From: Octopus vulgaris
Taxonomy: Eukaryota
Length of the DNA stretch: 64,000 nt
Direction: 5' to 3'
Assembly (NCBI GenBank): GCA_951406725.2
Contig: OX597820.1
Location: 75,392,001 to 75,456,000 of the forward strand
The notes below the pieces were generated by a model. The model searched no databases and was not told the origin of the DNA. It was given only the letters and a program-made list of their open reading frames with translations. A program made the translations under genes and the position numbers. Below are positions 38,086 to 52,807 of the stretch, piece by piece. The first letter of the stretch is position 1. Each line of letters opens with the position of its first letter.

Positions 38086-39904
38086 TCTTCAATAGTCGTT
38101 AAGGTTGCAAGAAGCAACGAAAAATTTAAAAAACATAAATAAGTAAATGAGTGGAAATCGAACCAGTGAATGTGTTAATAAAATATTAAAACAGAACGAA
38201 TCTCCCAGACGAAATAAAATATACTTCTTCAACACACGAATTTACATTAGGGATCTTGCAAGCAAAATACAAGAACGAAATATTACGATAAAAATTTCCT
38301 CGTAATTTTTAGGAAGAAAATAAAATATTCTTATGTGAGAATATCGATGGATAATTTGTCCATGAAATGGTAGTATAGAAATAAATTTCTGTCGATGAAG
38401 CAATGCTAATAGAAAATCTTACAATAATGTTTATGTTTGATCCAGTATTGCTGCCAAAATTCAATCTCATTTTTACCAATAAACGATAGATTATTCAAAG
38501 AAGAATCTTTTGCGCTCTTGGCATAGCTCTCGACCAGTTCCTGGATTCATAAATGAGGAAAACACTTAAACTATGTGGAGGGACATGTAAAATAACTGAA
38601 CAAGAAGCAACCAGAAGATTAGAGAATGGGAAGGAATGGAAAGTGAATGCAAAATAAAAATCTCACCGACTTCAGCACAGGCCCATAATGCAATGGGAAT
38701 TACATTGAGGATATGGGGACAAAACTTCCGAACCGTGTAAATGTGCATAAACAGCAAATTAAACCTTCACCTCTGAGAAATTTTCCATGAAGTTAATACT
38801 TAGGTATTTGTGCAAATGAAATAGTTAAAATATATCCCTTTTACAAAATAAGGGACGAAAATTGATCAGCTCCGAGAGATAAATGAAGAAAACTTAGAAG
38901 ATTTCTAAATCCGCACTAAATCCAAAACAGTCAACACACTTAATAAAAGCAACACCCATTATGCGCATTTGATCAGAACAGGTGTACTTCAATAGTTGAA
39001 TAAGAAAAGCACTTGCACTCACAATACACACTATACAGAAACCTTTTCCACAACGGTTGGTGACATTCAGTTATTTACAAACTCTTCTTTTAAATAGTCA
39101 ACTTTAAAACATCCGTGCATATATGCATGTGAGTATGAATCTATGCGAGTAGGTATGTGCTTATGCATGTGTATATATAAGAACGTAAGTACTAATGCAT
39201 GCTTCTATGCCTGCCTACTGTTAAAAAAGATCCGAGCGGAAAGGAGTTAATATAGCGTCTAGTAATTTATTTAGGCTTATCTTTTCACTTCATAGCGTAT
39301 GATTTCCAACGCGTGTGGTTGATTATAGTCTGAGAAGACGAAAATGACCCCTATGCTTCATATTAGGTCGGGATCAGTACAGAAGAGAACAGTGGTGAGC
39401 TAAGTGAAATCTTGGTAAATTTCGAGACACAAGTAAATACAGACTTTTTATACGCAAACGAGTGTCGTTGGTTAGAATAGAGGCGGCAGAACATAAAGAG
39501 ATACACATTAGAGCAATTTCAGTTGAGGTGGGGTGGGAACAGTTTGATTATATTGTCCCCTAGTACGCAGTTGGTACTTATTCTATCGCCATCGAAAGGA
39601 AGAATACTTAAGTGGAACATGAATTCAGAATGTAAGGGCTAACGATTCTGCAAGATACAAAATCTATACGTATAAGACACAAAGGGTCACCAGTTCTTCA
39701 TCAGTTATCAACCAGGATGGTAGCGAAACTGAGTATTACCATTCTGGGTTATACCAGAAGAAGATTTAAGGATCCGCTGTATCTTGTACGTATGCGTTTT
39801 TTATCAGCCCTTGTTTATTTACAATGCATTTTTTCAGTTATTAGTAGCGATACTCAACACACACTTGAGGTATGTATGTATTTATGCGTACATTCATACA
39901 TACA

Positions 39905-39973
<69 letters not shown>

Positions 39974-40079
39974 TGACAGAGGGAGAAAGAGAAGTAGGAA
40001 TAGATACATAGTTACAGAGAGAGAGAGAGAAAGAGTGAGAGAGGGAGAAATAGAGATAGATAGATAAACAGATAGGTAA

Positions 40080-40081
40080 AC

Positions 40082-40166
<85 letters not shown>
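40080..40166. repeat. (GATA)n microsatellite
   Basis: Direct reading. Confidence 0.97.
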
Positions 40167-40654
40167 CTAAACTCGTTCCGGTCGATAGAAAGAGTTACGA
40201 CTCCACTTATGTGATATTTCATCGATGTAAAAAAAGAAAAAAAAAACGAAAAAAAATTGAAGTTTTCTTCAAAGTTTTCAGCCGACACAAAAATGAAAAT
40301 GAGAGTTTATTGTAAGCTTCTCGCTTTATTAACATCGGAACGCAACTATGAATAATACATTTTGTATGCTTACCATAGTTTTTAGTTTTATTGTTTTTGT
40401 TTCTCGTTTACTCTCTGTAGTTGCCACCGTATTTATGTGCAGCATTAAAGAGTTCCGGTCGAGCAGTCTCCTGGAAAAGAATTATCATAAGGAATATCCT
40501 TAAGAAACTCTGATGTCAAGCAAGGCGGATATATGCTGAGAAGTTTTCACGCTCTGTCCATTTTGTCTTTACTGCGGTCATCTTCCAAATGAATGCAAGA
40601 AATATTTTGAAACAGATTTCGTTGACAAACTGACTACATAGGAAATGTTTTGGT

Positions 40655-41125
40655 CGTGTGTGCGTGTGTGTTTGTGTGGATGTGTGTATTTATATGTTTG
40701 TGTGTATTTGTGTGTGTGGATGTATGTATTTGTGTGTGTGTATGTGTGTGTGTGGATGTATGTATTTGTGTGTGTGGATGTATGTATTTGTGTGTGTGGA
40801 TGCATGTATTTGTATGTGTGTGTATGTGTTTGTGTGGATGTATGTATTTGTATGTGTGTTTATACATGTATTTGTATGTGGGTGTATGTGTGTAGATGTA
40901 TGTATTTCTATATGTGTGTGTATGTGTGTGTATGGATGTATGTATTTGTATGTGTGTGAATGCATGTATTTGTATGTGTGTGTGTGGATGTATGTATTTG
41001 TATGTATGTGCATGTTTGTATGCCCGCATGTGTCTGTGTGCGTTTGCGTGTGATTGTGTGTGTGCATGTGTTCTTTTGTGTATGTGTATTTGTGTGTGTG
41101 CTCTAGCGTGTGTGTGTGTATACAC
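40655..41125. repeat. TG-rich minisatellite, ~22-bp unit TGTGTGTGTGGATGTATGTATT
   Basis: GGATGTATGTATTTG recurs at roughly 20-40 bp spacing. Confidence 0.85.
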
Positions 41126-41255
41126 ACGACTTCGAGACCAGTTGGCCTTTCCTATTGTCAGTTTCAAGTTGACGAATATCTTCGGTGGAATCGAGAAACT
41201 GGAGAAATTAATAAACTCTCAAATTGCTATTTACTGTATCCTAATCCCTCTACAC

Positions 41256-41503
41256 CAGTGTTTCTTAGCTATTATTTTGACCAGTGGACCCCATTCAATT
41301 TATTTGGGATTGACCCTCCTAGCCTTTCGACGCTTTAAAAATCCTGTTATATTTATATCATTATTAAATATTATTAGGAATTGTATAAAAAAATTTATTT
41401 TGTGTACTGTAGAAGTACAGCCAATATATTTGCAGATAAAGTTTAACAACCAAATCTGATATGGTCCTCCTAGGATCGTATGAACCCCGGCTGAAAGCCA
41501 CTG
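41256..41503. mobile_element. hAT-like MITE
   Basis: Termini CAGTGTTTCTTAGC and GGCTGAAAGCCACTG; internal GGACCCC motifs; the 8-bp TSD is degenerate. Confidence 0.55.
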
Positions 41504-41732
41504 ACCTGTACCATCACTGATGTTAAAGCATAGATTTCAATTATGCAGTGTTTCCTAGTGGTTATGCATAAAGATACGCTGATACAAACCTCCATATATG
41601 TCGACTTTGGAGTTCTTGTGATACTACATAATATGCATGCGTACTTATATGAACGTATGTCTACGGTGCATCTATTTATGAGTGCGCTATAGCATGCATG
41701 TATATATATATATATATACGGTATATATGTAC

Positions 41733-41815
41733 AGATAAGGAAATAATTTTATTCTCAGTTCATACTATATTATTAGCATTATACTGCGTTTGAGAATAAA
41801 ATTATTTCCTTATCT
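41733..41815. repeat. Perfect 25-bp inverted repeat with 33-nt spacer next to (TA)n
   Basis: AGATAAGGAAATAATTTTATTCTCA and TGAGAATAAAATTATTTCCTTATCT. Confidence 0.95.
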
Positions 41816-42544
41816 TTATCTTTCAATATATCTTAACGCTTCTAAACCAAAATTTGTTGACTTTCAACGTAATTTGAATTTATATATAGATGTCTTCGAT
41901 CTAGTTTGGATTCTTTGCCATCAAATTTGAATTTTTCAATTGGTGCTCAAGACTTGAAAAAAAAAGAGTTAAACTACATCAGCCGTTAGGGAATACATGG
42001 CTATCTTATCTAACTCGCCCAGTAGAGCCCACTAATTGATATCTGAAAAGTTCGATGAAATAACTCATGAACACTGCTATAACTTCTACCAAAAGATGCT
42101 CCGTTATGTTGACCAGTCTGAACAAAGGGAGATAATAAACGAATGATTCTCTCTCTCGCTATCTATGTGAATATTTCTCGGCGTGCCTACGTGTATGAGA
42201 GGGTCGTGGAGCGGGGACTTCCCTGCAGTGCCCAAATTATTGTTCCCTTAAACAAGTTCAACGTCCTTTCAGATTTGCCAAATCGCTTCCCTCCAAACAG
42301 CATCGCCCATTTGTTTCTTTATGACTCGTAAAATAGCGGACTTCATGCACTGCTTTAAATGCTGCGTGATATTTTTTTTTATTGCATCATTGTATTCCCT
42401 GCTGATAGGGCAGCAATTAAAACCCCTTCTTGTGGCCGTGAGCACAGTGGTAGTAGGAAGTAAGTCATCCTTAAACAGCCAATGATAAAGTTGTATTGTA
42501 GAACTGAGTTACAGATGAAGTCCGACACACGAGATCTTTAAATT

Positions 42545-42755
42545 ATTTTCTACCCTAGGCACAAGGCCTGAATTTAGGGGGAGGGGTCAGCTGATTAGAT
42601 CGAACCCAGTACGCAACTGGTACTTAATTTAGCAACCCCTAAAGGATGAACGGCACAGTCAACCTCAGCGGAATTTGCACTCAGAACGTAAAGACACACA
42701 AAATACTGCGAAGCATTTCGCTTGATGTGCTCAGGTTTCTGACAGCTCGCCGCCT
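42545..42755 (-). mobile_element. SINE family A, short-tail monomer
   Basis: CTAGGCACAAGGCC tail to CAGCTCGCCGCC head. Confidence 0.88.
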
Positions 42756-43077
42756 TGAGATCTTTAAATTCCTTTAATGTGATGCAGTGACGTATTCTTT
42801 GTAGTTGAAAATAGAACATGCATTGCAGTAATCAGTTATGAGCTTTGCATTCTTCTCAAGATTGATTTACCTATTACATTTCAAGAGTCAATATGTAATA
42901 GTGAAGTGCAGGAGTCGATATAAGCGACTGACCTCACCCTTTAAGAGTGCGGCATTTTGCTTCGGCCATAGACCGTTGTTAAAGTTACCTGAAATATAGC
43001 TTTTAAAATGATTTATCTGTAGTATCCAAAATTGGAAACAAGACCAGTTTAGTTTAAGGAAGTATATCTTTCATATA

Positions 43078-43350
43078 AAGGTGTGTGGCTAAATGTTTGG
43101 GGCCTTACACTCACGATCGGGCGGGGCGTTGTATTCTTCAGCAAAGCATTTCATGCCGCGTTGCTCCAATTCACGCGATTGTAAATGGGCAACATGCCAC
43201 GGAATAACATTCTGATCAGGGTGGAAAGATATCTTGCACCCCTACCCAGCGGAGTGGTATCATTCGAATGACAAAATAGATAAGCAGCGCCTCGTGACCA
43301 GCGATGAATAACAACATCCGATAGAGTCTGGTCGAAAGCCTAATACGTGA
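43078..43350 (+). mobile_element. SINE family C variant
   Basis: Shares its 3' region with 6668-6965. Confidence 0.7.
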
Positions 43351-43758
43351 TATCCTTTATCATTTTGAGAGATATTTTACCTTGACTCTTACAGTGAGCT
43401 AAGATCGAAGATCAATTAAGGTTTCGGTTTGTTTCCTAATTCAGATTTCGATTCATTATTATTTACCATTATAGTTAATCCCAGATGTTTCTTGCTGTTC
43501 TTATTATATTCCGCGTAGCTTCTGATCACTGTTTTTGCTTTTTGTTAGTTTCCTTTAGCTGCTGTGAGGAATACATGCAGACCAATATCCAATGCGTTCC
43601 GAAGCAATCGGCGGCAACCACCACCGGCGAACTTGCGTTTTTGTACAAACATAAGAATTTAGTGTATAATAAAGTTAATAGCAGATTTTATTCTGGTATG
43701 AAAATACAGACAGACACACTCAGAATTGGAATATGTATGTGCATGTATATCTGTTTTC

Positions 43759-43759
<1 letters not shown>

Positions 43760-43849
<90 letters not shown>

Positions 43850-44055
43850 TATATGTATATATATATATATATATATACATATGTATATATTAAAATGCAT
43901 GCATACACACATATATGCATAACAATCTCGCGTATGAAGAAATATCAAAGAGCCTTTATATGAAAAAAGAGATCGAAATCAAACATAGTTGTGTCTTTAA
44001 TATGGCATATTTCAAAGAAAAGCGTTTCCCTATTTACACACACATACACACAAAG

Positions 44056-44141
<86 letters not shown>

Positions 44142-44327
44142 ATACAAGCTCACCATCTTTATATCGTTATATACAAACTGACAGAAAGATAGATAAACGG
44201 ACAGATATTATTACAGAGAGAAGATTAAAAAAAATATCAGAATTGATTGTGGGATATAAATACTTATTTACAAAGACTTGATGCATATGTGCGTGCATTT
44301 ATGCATATGTATGTGTCCATATATATT

Positions 44328-44368
<41 letters not shown>

Positions 44369-45262
44369 GCATATGTGTAAGTGTATATATATATATGTAT
44401 GTATATATATATTTATATATATATGTGCATATATATATGTATATATATATGCACATATATATATACATGTATATATATATATATATATATCTATATATGC
44501 AGATATATATATACACACACTCACAGTGAAAGAGAGACTGCAGGGATAGTAACATAGATACTGCGACATGATATCGGATATCTTTGTATATGTGATATAT
44601 AACGTGACACGCTACGTAGAAACCTACAGCCTCTTTATTGTAATTATCAATTTTCGTTGGTATTTAAAATCAACTTGTTTACAAAATAATGTAAGAAGAA
44701 TCTATAATTTATATCGTCTTTCAATCAAAAATAAAATGAAAATAAAGCTGATGTATATAATTTAATAATACACGTTCTCTTCAAATTTAAATTAATCACT
44801 CTGAAGAACGAGGAGATCATAAAAAAGTGTTGCTATATTCTAGTATATATGTGTTTTCGATTTTTGATTTCTAAATTGAAACGTTGGAGATATAGCAATT
44901 TGCTATAATCTAGCACCTTCTGTATAGGATGAATTATAAGACGGAAGAATTGATACATACATATATAGGTACATACATACGTACATACATACATATATAC
45001 ATACACACATCATACATGCATACATATATACAAAAGTACCCTCCAATGAAAGAGCCGTGTATCTAGGTTAGAAACGGTTCTTTCTCAATTGGCAAGAAAT
45101 CTTGAAATAAAACACACATACATACATACATACATACATACATACACACATACATACATACACACATACATACATACATACATCCATCTATCCATCCATC
45201 CATCCATCCATCCATCCATACATACATACATACATACATACATACATACATACATACATACA

Positions 45263-45296
<34 letters not shown>

Positions 45297-45940
45297 CATA
45301 CCAATAATAATTGGAGCAGTTAGTTTTGTAAGTAAATGTCTAATTGCCAGTCTGGATAAATTTGGATTTTCAGAAAAGGAAATCAGCCAACTCATTACAA
45401 TTACAATTTCGAAGCGCAAAGGTAAGACAATGCGATATCTTTCTCATGTTTAAAATCTGACATTGTTTTCGCTATCTACATTATCTACATGGAGCTTTGT
45501 ATCTTTGTTAAAAAGCAGCTCTTCAGAGGGAAGAATTTAAATCATTAAAAACAGAAGATACATACATATATATATACATACATACATACATACATACATA
45601 CATACGTACATACAAAGATACATACATATCTATGTAACACAATGCTTCAATACCAATCTTGAGAAATTAGGCTTCTCAAAGGCAACAGATCCAATCCATC
45701 ATTCAAACTGTAAAATCTGTGAAACTATCCAGAAGTTTGTCATTTAAATATATTTGAGCGTGTCTAGATATGTAACTATATCCATGAGAATACATGAAAC
45801 TAAACATGCAGATCTGCACATACATACATACATACATACATACATACAGACAGACATACATACATACATACATACATACATACATACATACATACATACA
45901 TACATACATACATACATACATACATACATACATACTTGCA
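43760..45940. repeat. Microsatellite-rich field: (TA)n, (CA)n, (TACA)n, (TCCA)n
   Basis: Direct reading. Confidence 0.85.
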
Positions 45941-47194
45941 TTTTATCTTTTAGCTTTCAACTTTTACTTGTGTCAATCATTAGACTTCGGCCATGCTGGG
46001 GCATCATCTTGAATTTTTTTTTTTAGTCGAATGAATCAACCGCAATTCCATTTTTAAAGTATGGATCTTATTCTAATCGGGTCCGTTTACCAAACTGCTA
46101 GTTTATGGGAATGTAACCTAGCAGTTGTCAAGCCGCGGAAAGAAGCATTTTCAGAAATTTCACAGGAGTCGGACTTGTTTACATATAACTTTCCGAAAAC
46201 TGGAATTTTTATACGAAAGTTTTGACGGACACCTTTCACAGTGTGTAGAATACGACTAAATAGCAATTTAATAGGAAACTAAAAATTGGTGGGATAGCAG
46301 CCAAACATATACATGCGCGTCACATTGTTTATGTAAAAGGTAATATCACAAAAATTCTGTTATGATGGGAATCTACATTTGAAACGGATTTGTAGGAAAG
46401 TTCATTTAAAGACGTCGATTTTACAGAAAGATATAATAAAGAAAGAAGTTCGTTGGGGCCCATATGTGTAGGTATGCTGCTGCTAACTCCAACTGGTTAC
46501 TGTGCATCATTGCACATGCCTTACTGGAAGACCGTAGTAAACGTGAAATTTTTTAGATAATAATTTTAGCTATGCACACTGTTGGCTGTGTGTATCCACA
46601 AAGATATAAAAAGTAATGTTGCATACGCATGCACACACACGCACGCACACGCAAACACACGCAAACACACACACAATCATCTAAGTACTAAAGGGACATT
46701 TTCACACAGAACATAAGTGCAGATACACACACCTACATATATACACGCGCTTATTCAACCACATTTACAAAATGTCTGGTGACTTAGTGAACGGACTGAA
46801 CGCCAATAAGAACTTAAATAAATCTCCGAGATAACATACATACACATAAGACAAACGCGCTCCTCGTCACCCTTCGAATGCATCGAAGATATTCCCCTTC
46901 ATTGTGGAGATAGATCGATAGCTTTATATTCTAATCCTTGACAAGCAGGATAAGTCGAAGACGGGACTTACAAATGAATTTGCGTGAATGCATCTTTTCT
47001 GGCTTCTAGTTTGCTTAATAAGATTATCCTCAATAACAGCAGGGTCATTCCAGCAGCCAAAACGCCAACGTGAATATTATGTAGTAACTTCTTCTTGTTC
47101 TGAAGGGTTAATGTAGATTTTTGTCTTTGCCAATTTGCATTTAGCTAGTCATTGAGGAACTTTTTTCAGTCTAGAAAACGTCAAACGTTATACA

Positions 47195-47400
47195 CTGGAT
47201 GTCAATAATTCCACGGAGAAGACATGAATTACACACAAATGCTCTGGATGTCGGAGCTGGGTGCGTTCTGCTTTGAACGTTGCTGTCTTGACAAACGATT
47301 TGGGCGACTGTTTCAGTGCTGTATAGCAGGGAGAGGATGGACGTTGCTCTCTTTGATTGACAGATGACCTCACGTTTGACATTAACTGGCAGCATCACCT
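47195..47400 (-). mobile_element. RTE-clade reverse-transcriptase fragment, decayed
   Basis: SILSLLYSTET..AFVCNSCLLRGIIDIQ resembles VLSTLLYGSETW..AFHMRCLRRILGI. Confidence 0.45.
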
Positions 47401-48834
47401 CCTGTCATAATCTGTAACGGAATTAAGAAGACATATACATGCATGCATGCACTTATATAGACATACACGCATATGCAAACACGTAATCCACATTAACAGA
47501 CGCGTGGTTGGAGAAGGCGATTAACCTATGAATTTGCTATGATAATAAACTACGACATACGAGGTTACAAATGTCGATATTGTTAAATAGATAATATTCT
47601 GATGAGTCCATTGATGAATCATTTTCATTGAAGATCATTATAATATTCGTCTGTCACTTAAATTAAATGCGCAGAAAATCGTTACAAACTGGTTGAATGC
47701 TACATCAACAAAATAGGAAAGTATGAAACGAAAACAATTTAACGTAAGGGTTATATTAAATGTTCTTATAGTACAAATGGAGTTTGGAAAATAAAATCTT
47801 TACTAGAGTTATAAACTGAATAATGACTTATGTAACAGTAATAATAAATTGGCAAAGGAATACACGATTGCTGAATATATAAGCAAAAAGAAAACATAAT
47901 GAGATGAAACTCATTTGGATCATTTGAGTCTATGAGATATATTTCCCTTTGCAAAATTTCAGCTACGCACTGAAAGGGAGACAAAGTGTAGCAATTTATG
48001 ATAGGACAACTCTTAGAGATTGTGTATATTAAAGTGTGTAACGTGGGTATGAGTTTGAGTGCGCGTGAATTTGGTAAAAATTTATTCATATTATAGTTGT
48101 GCGTTTGTTAAAAAAATACCGTTTCAAACGACGCCTTTAAGTGATTAATGAAAACATTACATCATTGTAAAGAAACCGTTTTCGTCAGATAACTGCATAG
48201 ACTTCAAACTTAAAGGACCAACCAACTGCTTTAACACATTCGTATCACCAACTGGAGCTTAAATATTTACATTGATTCTGCTGCTATTTCTTTGGTAGAA
48301 TGAATATAGGAAATAGTCTATGTAGTGTAGAGCCTACAAGAATTTAGATGTTAGTAGATGTTATAGCGTGTGTCTGGGGGATAATTCAGAGTAGTGACAC
48401 TTCGAAGACAATAGGGGGATGCAGTCTTCAAGCATCCAAAATTAAATATTTTGGAAGTTGTAGACAAAGGTGATAAATTAATTAATATCATGACAGCCAA
48501 CCAGACTATTTATTAAGTACTGGAATCTTATATCCAGCTTTGTTACACCAAAGGGTAAGACTCAGGGTAGTAAAAAAATGAAATACATGAAGGGGAAGGG
48601 TTGATAATTGGATCAAAGAAGGATAAGAAGAGCTAACAACACTTACTTTGATTGTCAATTTATAGCAGGAGGTAATGAAAAACTAAAGGAATAAGTACTA
48701 GAAATTACGGTTGGAAGATAAGTTCAGAGGAGAAGGTAGGGAGCACATTTTAACTTAACATATTTATAATGTTAAAACAATCTATAAGTAATACATAGAT
48801 GACAGCTAGACGTTAGACTTAAAATTATAATATG

Positions 48835-49866
48835 CAGGGTGTTCAAAAAGTCTCTACGCAGTATTTTATTGAAAAATAAATATCTATAAATAAATATCTA
48901 GGCGCAGGAGTGGCTGTGTGGTAAGTAACTTGCTAACCAACCACATGGTTCCGGGTTCAGTCCTACTGCGTGGCATCTTGGGCAAGTGTCTTCTGCTATA
49001 GCCCCGGGCCGACCAATGCCTTGTGAGTGGATTTGGTAGACGGAAACTGAAAGAAGCCTGTCGTATATATGTATATATATATACGTATATGTGTGTGCTT
49101 GTGTGTTTGTGTTTGTCCCCCTAGCATTGCTTGACAACCGATGCTGGTGTGTTTATGTCCCCGTCACTTAGCGGTTCGACAAAAGAGACCGATAGAATAA
49201 GTACTGGGCTTACAAAGAATAAGTCCTGGGGTCGATTTGGTCGACTAAAGGCGGTGCTCCAGCATGGCCGCAGTCAAATGACTGAAACAAGTAAAAGAGT
49301 TATATATATATAGAGAGAGAGAGAGTAGTTGTAAACTATTGGAATGTAGAGGTTAGATGAGAGAGAAAAAATAAGGTGGTATAAGACTACAAAAGGCTAT
49401 ATTAGACTTTACAAGACTTTAAAATCTTTATAAGAGATGTTGAAAGTGTCGCCCTTCAATTTCAATACATAGGTTGACTCTTCTACATGTTTTGAAATAC
49501 ATCTTGGAGAGTGTGTCGCGGTATGGACCGTGTGAAGCTTATGATTGCAACTTTTAGCACTTTAATGGGTTCCCGCCGATACTTGTACTCTGATCCTTTA
49601 CTTGCTCCCCAGAAAAAAAAGGTCTGGTGGTGTTAAATCAGGTGATCTCGTTCGCCAACGTCCCTTCGAAATAATCCATTTGCCGAAAAACTCTTGAAGT
49701 AGCGCCATGGTGATGCGCGAAGTATGTGCAGTAGCTCCATCATGCTGAAAGTATGTATTATAAATCTCACTTTCATTGAGTTGGCCTACAAATGTAGAGA
49801 CAAATTTTGAGCAATGTATCTCGGTGTTGATAGTGTCTTCAAAACTTCAGTGCAGAGAACACCCTG
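48835..49866 (-). mobile_element. Internally deleted Tc1/mariner of the rosa (DD41D)-related type, interrupted by SINE B
   Basis: TIRs CAGGGTGTTC (48835) and GAACACCCTG (49866); minus-strand FQHDGATAHTSRITMALLQEFFGKWIISKGRWRTRSPDLTPPD. Confidence 0.85.
48901..49300 (+). mobile_element. SINE family B, full length
   Basis: GGCGCAGGAGTGGCTGTGTGGTAAG..GGTTCAGTCC..TTGGGCAAGTGTCTTC..GAAACAAGTAAAAGAGT. Confidence 0.95.
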
Positions 49867-50749
49867 TGTAAAAGAAATATTAAGACTTTTCATAAATATA
49901 GTGTATAGAATCTCCTGGTAAAGAATGTATAATGGAATTATTTATAATATAAATAGATACCTACAGTATACATTAAACTGAAATTGAAACCATTCTCGTC
50001 AAATAGGGTAAAGGTAGGATATGGTAAGAAATGAGATCTAATGTATAGGGTTAGTAAGTTCGAGATATAAATATATAAAGGAGCACATTCAAATACAAGT
50101 TTAAACAAATTTGGTCCTATATATGAAAAGATGCCTAAATTTGTCTACATTTCAGTAAAAGTGCCTTATTTCTGGATTGTAAACCAGTAAAGTTCTATCT
50201 CTTTCGGAGATAACAGTTCATAAAATATAACCCGAAGAATAAAGAAACATTTATGCATAATCCATACATACGTGTTTACGACCGCCTTCACTGGGAAATA
50301 AACGACATAAACGCATCAAAATGCAAAGGGGAAAATACTATTTTCTTTGTTTTAATTTCCTGTCTACGTTCGAAAACGTAGGTGAGTTAATACGTCAGTA
50401 GACAGAGATTCGTTAAAATATCAAAAACAAAAGTGAAATCAAGAGCCAAAGCATTAACATTCCAAAATTAATCACTAATATATTTTATCAATGATATATT
50501 ATGGCATAAACTTGGTTCTACGCATTTCGTCTCGAGTATGGAGGAAATTAAATGGTTATCAAATATAATAATCGTATTTTCTGTCAATAATGTAAAGCTA
50601 AAAAAAATATAAAGGTCTTTTATGTCCTCGACATAAAACTGTTTAATTCACTATTTGTCATGTTTGATGAATGATTTCTGTCTGATAATGTGGGACAAAA
50701 TAATTATAAATTCATTTAAAATGTCTTCAAAAACAGAAGAAATACATAA

Positions 50750-50827
50750 GATAACAACGACAAAAACTTCAATAATAATATTAATAATAATAATAATAAT
50801 AACAACAACAACAACAACAACAACAAC

Positions 50828-50865
<38 letters not shown>

Positions 50866-51177
50866 CAATAATGATGATATAAAATATTGGCACAAGGCTA
50901 ACGATTGTAGAGGAGGGGTAAGGCAATTACATCGACCCTAGCACTCATCTGGCACTTATTTTATCGAGCCCGATGGGATGAAAGGCAAAGTGAACCTCAA
51001 CAAAATAAATAATATAATAACAACAACAACAACAACAATATTAATAATAATTTAATTTTCAAGAATGTGTATGTGTGTGTGTGCATGTGCATGCGTGTGT
51101 ATGTGTGTATGCATGTATTTACGAGAAATTACGACGAACAAAATTATTATATAAAGCGATAGATAAATAGACAGACG

Positions 51178-51214
<37 letters not shown>

Positions 51215-51222
51215 GGGGGGGG

Positions 51223-51274
<52 letters not shown>

Positions 51275-51275
51275 T
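50750..51275. repeat. (AAT)n/(AAC)n, partial SINE A (-, 50885-51000), then (TA)n(GA)n(GATA)n
   Basis: Direct reading. Confidence 0.85.
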
Positions 51276-52096
51276 TTTGAGTATCTCTACCTAAATGACA
51301 ACACTATTTTGAACTAACCAACATATTTTCCAGCCAACAATCTTATGCTGTTGAGTGTTAATAAAACCGGAACCTGTTATAACCGTAAACTTTGTAACAT
51401 ATGAATTAATTTTCTGATATTTGTTTCCTGAAATTATCTGTGATTTTCTTCGAAAACCGCTGTTTGTTAAATTTTAATTATGTGAATATATTTTGGTTTA
51501 TTCAGTCAAGTAACAAATCCATGAAATTTATATATTGGGTTTGTGTGTGTGTGTTTTTGCATGCATGTGCGTGTGTCCGTGTTTGCATTCTTTATGCGTC
51601 CGTGTCTGCGTGCGCACGCACGTGCGCGTGCGTGTATGTGTATACGCGAACAAGAATTCTGAAAGAATATAATGAGAGAAACATAGAGAAGCGTCTTCTT
51701 ATACAAATGTATATGGGTGTGGCGAGGAATGGTTATGCTGGACTTATGTGTGTGTGTTCGCTTGTGTGTGTGTGTGTGTGTGTGTATGAGTGTGTATTTA
51801 TGTCTGTGTAGGGCTTTTATATGGGCAACTGTGCATGTAGGATTTTTGCGTTTTTCTGACTGATGGCAAAAAAGTTTGTAAAATATGGTTTTAGTATAGA
51901 TTTGTGTATGTGTGTGTGTGTGTGTGTGTGGAATTTGAGCTTCAGCACGTGTGTGTATGAAATTATCCCTAGATATATTACTAATACGCATGTGTGCGTT
52001 TTTTCTGACTAATATCAAATAAGTGTGTAAAATATATGCGTGTGTGTGTGTTTGTATGCAAGCATGCATGTGAGTGCGTGTCTGTATATGTGTATA

Positions 52097-52136
<40 letters not shown>

Positions 52137-52743
52137 TAAAATATATTTAATGGTAATTTCGAAAAATTTCGAAAGACGTGTGGCAGCGTAACTGAGTAGG
52201 CATGTGGTTGAATAATTTAATTAGCTTAACATGATGGTATTTGTAAATATGTTGCAGACAGAAGGAAAATATTATTGTCGATAATGAGGTGGATTATGTA
52301 CAATGATAAGAACAAGATGATGATATGATGGCAGCAAGAAAAAATATATTTATATAAATATATATGAATATATATAAAAAAAATAAACAGGCATCGCAAT
52401 CCACTGATTTTAGATTACGCGTTTATAACTTAGAGAAGACTAATTATATTTTAGCGATTAATAGATAAGTTTATGTATCGTAGAAACATAGAGATATAGA
52501 AGTAAAAATAATCACCATAATCGTATGCGTTGCCTAGCGCATGCGCAGTGACGTATATATGTGGGAGGGTGCATGGATTTCTGCACATGTGTGTGTGTGC
52601 CCAGTAAGTGTAGAAAGAATTTGACGCGTATGCATCTATGTGTACACTTACCTACTCACACACACACATACACATATATATATATAAATTGAACAGAGTC
52701 AACAGGAAGGAGTACATTTAGACAGATGTTTATTAAAAACACT

Positions 52744-52806
<63 letters not shown>

Positions 52807-52807
<1 letters not shown>

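Noticed and set aside
38100-39000. A-rich strand-skewed stretch suggestive of an old retroelement ORF
   Set aside because: No identifiable protein motif could be read by eye.
43558-43616. GCTG-CTGTGA-GGAA..TTCC-GAAGCAAT-CGGC hammerhead-like arrangement
   Set aside because: Both core strands are defective, so it cannot be distinguished from chance.
47593-47650. CTGATGAGTC-catt-GATGAATC hammerhead-like start
   Set aside because: GAAA box is broken and no stem III or cleavage triplet can be paired.
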